Shown piece by piece: positions 61,524 to 64,000 of a DNA stretch of 64,000 nucleotides. The notes below the pieces were generated by a model. The model saw only the letters and a list, made by a program, of their open reading frames with translations, was not told where the DNA came from and did not search any database. The translations under genes and the position numbers were made by a program. The stretch comes from the human T2T-CHM13v2.0 reference genome, Homo sapiens. Every line of letters begins with the position of its first letter. Position 1 is the stretch's first letter. The stretch lies in the NCBI RefSeq assembly GCF_009914755.1, contig NC_060929.1; one strand, 5' to 3'.

Positions 61524-61940
61524 TGTGGCAGCCATGGAGATACACTAATCAGACCTCCATTCAAGAGAACATGCTACGGGAAGCAAAGTGGCTTGACATC
61601 TTCCTGCTGTCACAGATTTGGGTCCATCACAGCATTCATGCCAGGACAATAACCCCTAAACTTGTCCCTAGCCGATGACTGAGTGGAGCAGAGCCTGGCC
61701 ATCCTGACTAACAGGGAACTCCGCTAATGGGCAGCCTTTGCTTACAGGCATGCCACTGGCCTGGTGAAGACTCTTCCAGAACTGCACTGCAAGCTACAGC
61801 TCTTTCTAGCTGGTCATCCTTCCTTTCCACTCTTTCACAGGTGTCAGATCTCTATTACCCTTTGTAAGATCTCCTTAATTTCCCTTTCCTCTCTCTCTTT
61901 ATCCTTCACAGGCCCTTCCCTAACAATTCTCTTGTATTCT
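61524..61940 (+). mobile_element. LTR16-family (ERVL) LTR
   Basis: Starts tgtggcagccatggagat...cagacctccattcaag; internal cagaactgcactgca and tttcacaggtgtcaga. Confidence 0.65.
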
Positions 61941-62343
61941 ATATTAATTTGTTAGAGCTGTTGCAAAAAAGTACAAGTGGGCTGGCTTAAACAACAGAAA
62001 TTTATTGTCTCACAGTTCTGGAGGCTAGAAATCCAAAATCAAGATACTGGCAGGGCTGGTTCCTTCTGAGGTCTGTGAGGGAAGGATCTGTTCTGGGCCT
62101 CTCTTGATCTTTTTAATGATGTTTTCATGTTCACATGGCGTTCTGCCTGTGTGCGTGTCTGTCTCCAAAATTTCCCTGTTTATAAGGACATCAGTCACAT
62201 TGGATGAGGGCCTACCTTAATGATCTCATTTTAACTTGATTACCTCTATAAAGACCTTATTTCTAAATAAGGCCACATTTTGCAGTACCGGGGATTAGGA
62301 CTTCAACATATGAATTTTTGGAAGACGCAGTTCAACCTGTAAC
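61941..62343 (-). mobile_element. MLT1 (MaLR) LTR nested in the LTR16
   Basis: ggcttaaacaacagaaatttattgtctcacagttctggaggctagaa...ggacttcaacatatgaatttt...gttcaacctgtaaca. Confidence 0.8.
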
Positions 62344-64000
62344 ATGCAGACATATCCCTTATTAGTATCTGATTCTTGAAGAAGTGGAAGTGACAACTGA
62401 TGGATTGGGTTGTGGAAATGGGGAATAAAGATGAGAATGATGTCAGATTGGTCAAAAGAATTTTTACTATGTGTCATATATTCAATTGGGTTGGACTTCC
62501 TGATGAAAAGTATAGACAACTACAATTGTGGTTCACTAATTTTTATTCATTTATGTTTCAGCAGTAAAGAAATTTTCACATTTATTCTTGGTCACTAGTT
62601 TACTTTTTTCTAAGAATAGTCAAGAAAAAAATTTTATTTTAGTTATAGATTATTATTCACTGTTTCATTGTTATGTCTAACCACATGGGGGAGTGTGTAT
62701 ATGTGTGTGTATAGTAAATAATATATTCCTCAGTCTAGCTTTGAATGTGCTATAAAAGAAATTAAGGAATAATATTACCCTACAGATGCTTAGTTAAAAA
62801 AAAAAGAAGAAGAGAAAAAATCAAATCAGGTAGATACAGCAAATTACAGCAAACTTAAATCAGGTGCATATATCAGGCTACAGCAAGTTACATTGATTGG
62901 TGTTCTCCCTTTCATAGAGCAGTGAAATTAAATGGAATTTTATTCTGTTGTGTTTATTTTATGTGGTATCATATATTTCTACATAAAATTTTATCAAGCT
63001 TACTTTAGTGGTTTAGTTTTATTTTGATACTCTAACTTATATACATGTTATTGGAAGAGAAATAGTTCTTACTAACCTGAGTGTATTGGAACATTAAGGA
63101 ATCTGCATCTATATTAAGGCAGCTATTTGAATATTAACTTGAATACCTAGAAAGCATCTGACCAGGATCATTTATCTGTGCATACCAGGTGATGAGTGAA
63201 TATAATTCTATATGAATAACCATATAGCTTTTTTCTTTTGCCGGCTTAGGCTTCCATACTTTCCTCTGTACAAATTTGTAGATAAGGTCTCTATTTTTAT
63301 TTTCATTAGAAGCTGGCAAAATTTGTTTCTATATTTCCAAATGCATTTACTATGTCTAGTAGAAAAGTGCATATCTTTGTCTATATCTACATGTGTGTGT
63401 ATAATATATATGTAATTGTCAACACACATATAGATGAGTTTGAGTGTCATGAGCCTAATGACATTCATTTGTAAGAAAAGAACTCTGGCTATTAAAATTG
63501 CACAGATATTAAAGCTCTGCTTTTTCTTTTGTTTAAAAATAATACACAATGCATATTAAAAGACAAAGTAGCCTTTTTACTTAAAATTTTGGTGTGTTTT
63601 ATTGTGTATTTTATTTGATGCTTAATGTTTGTTAGTATTTTCAGTAGTGTTTGTTGAATCACCCAAGTTATTTGAAAGCTTTGAAATTGCTTTTTTTCTT
63701 CCTTGAGATGAATCACCCCATATAGTAATACAGCATGTGTGTTTTATTATAGTTGATGTTTTTATGTGGACATGTAGCTGTATGACCACATAATTATCAC
63801 TGCCTATAACTTTGGACTGAGCAAAGACATTTTTAGAGAAATTACACTTCTAGTTTAAATTTTATTTAATAATATATAGCATTTTTTACTCATTCTTGGA
63901 TGAGTCAGTACATATACTAAAACAGTAAATTCATTTAGATTTGAACTGCATCACCCATTTATTTGATGCCTAACAACATTCTGTTTTTATATATGAAATA

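Overview
This is mammalian genomic DNA, almost certainly human or great ape, not microbial. It is AT-rich and dominated by interspersed repeats (Alu, L1PA/L1PB/L1M, MaLR and ERVL LTRs, an ERV1 proviral relic, hAT-Charlie DNA transposons, MIR/L2). The only convincing gene is the first coding exon of FAM174A (TMEM157) at 45854-46287 (+). It sits in a CpG island with a compact NRF1/CRE/GC-box/ETS promoter. From 46288 to the window end is intron 1; I did not find exon 2. Almost all other listed ORFs are repeat-derived or random. I found no evidence for a new multi-gene system. The observations worth following up are an in-frame uORF separated from the FAM174A start by a single TGA, several templated-insertion or fold-back scars (a ~175 bp copy inside an MLT2A LTR, a ~70 bp inverted duplication of a MIR, a patchwork insertion in an L1), a pol/env ERV1 relic, a near-full-length L1 nested in another L1, and a close inverted Alu pair in intron 1. 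Repeat subfamily names are from recognition by eye and boundaries are approximate.
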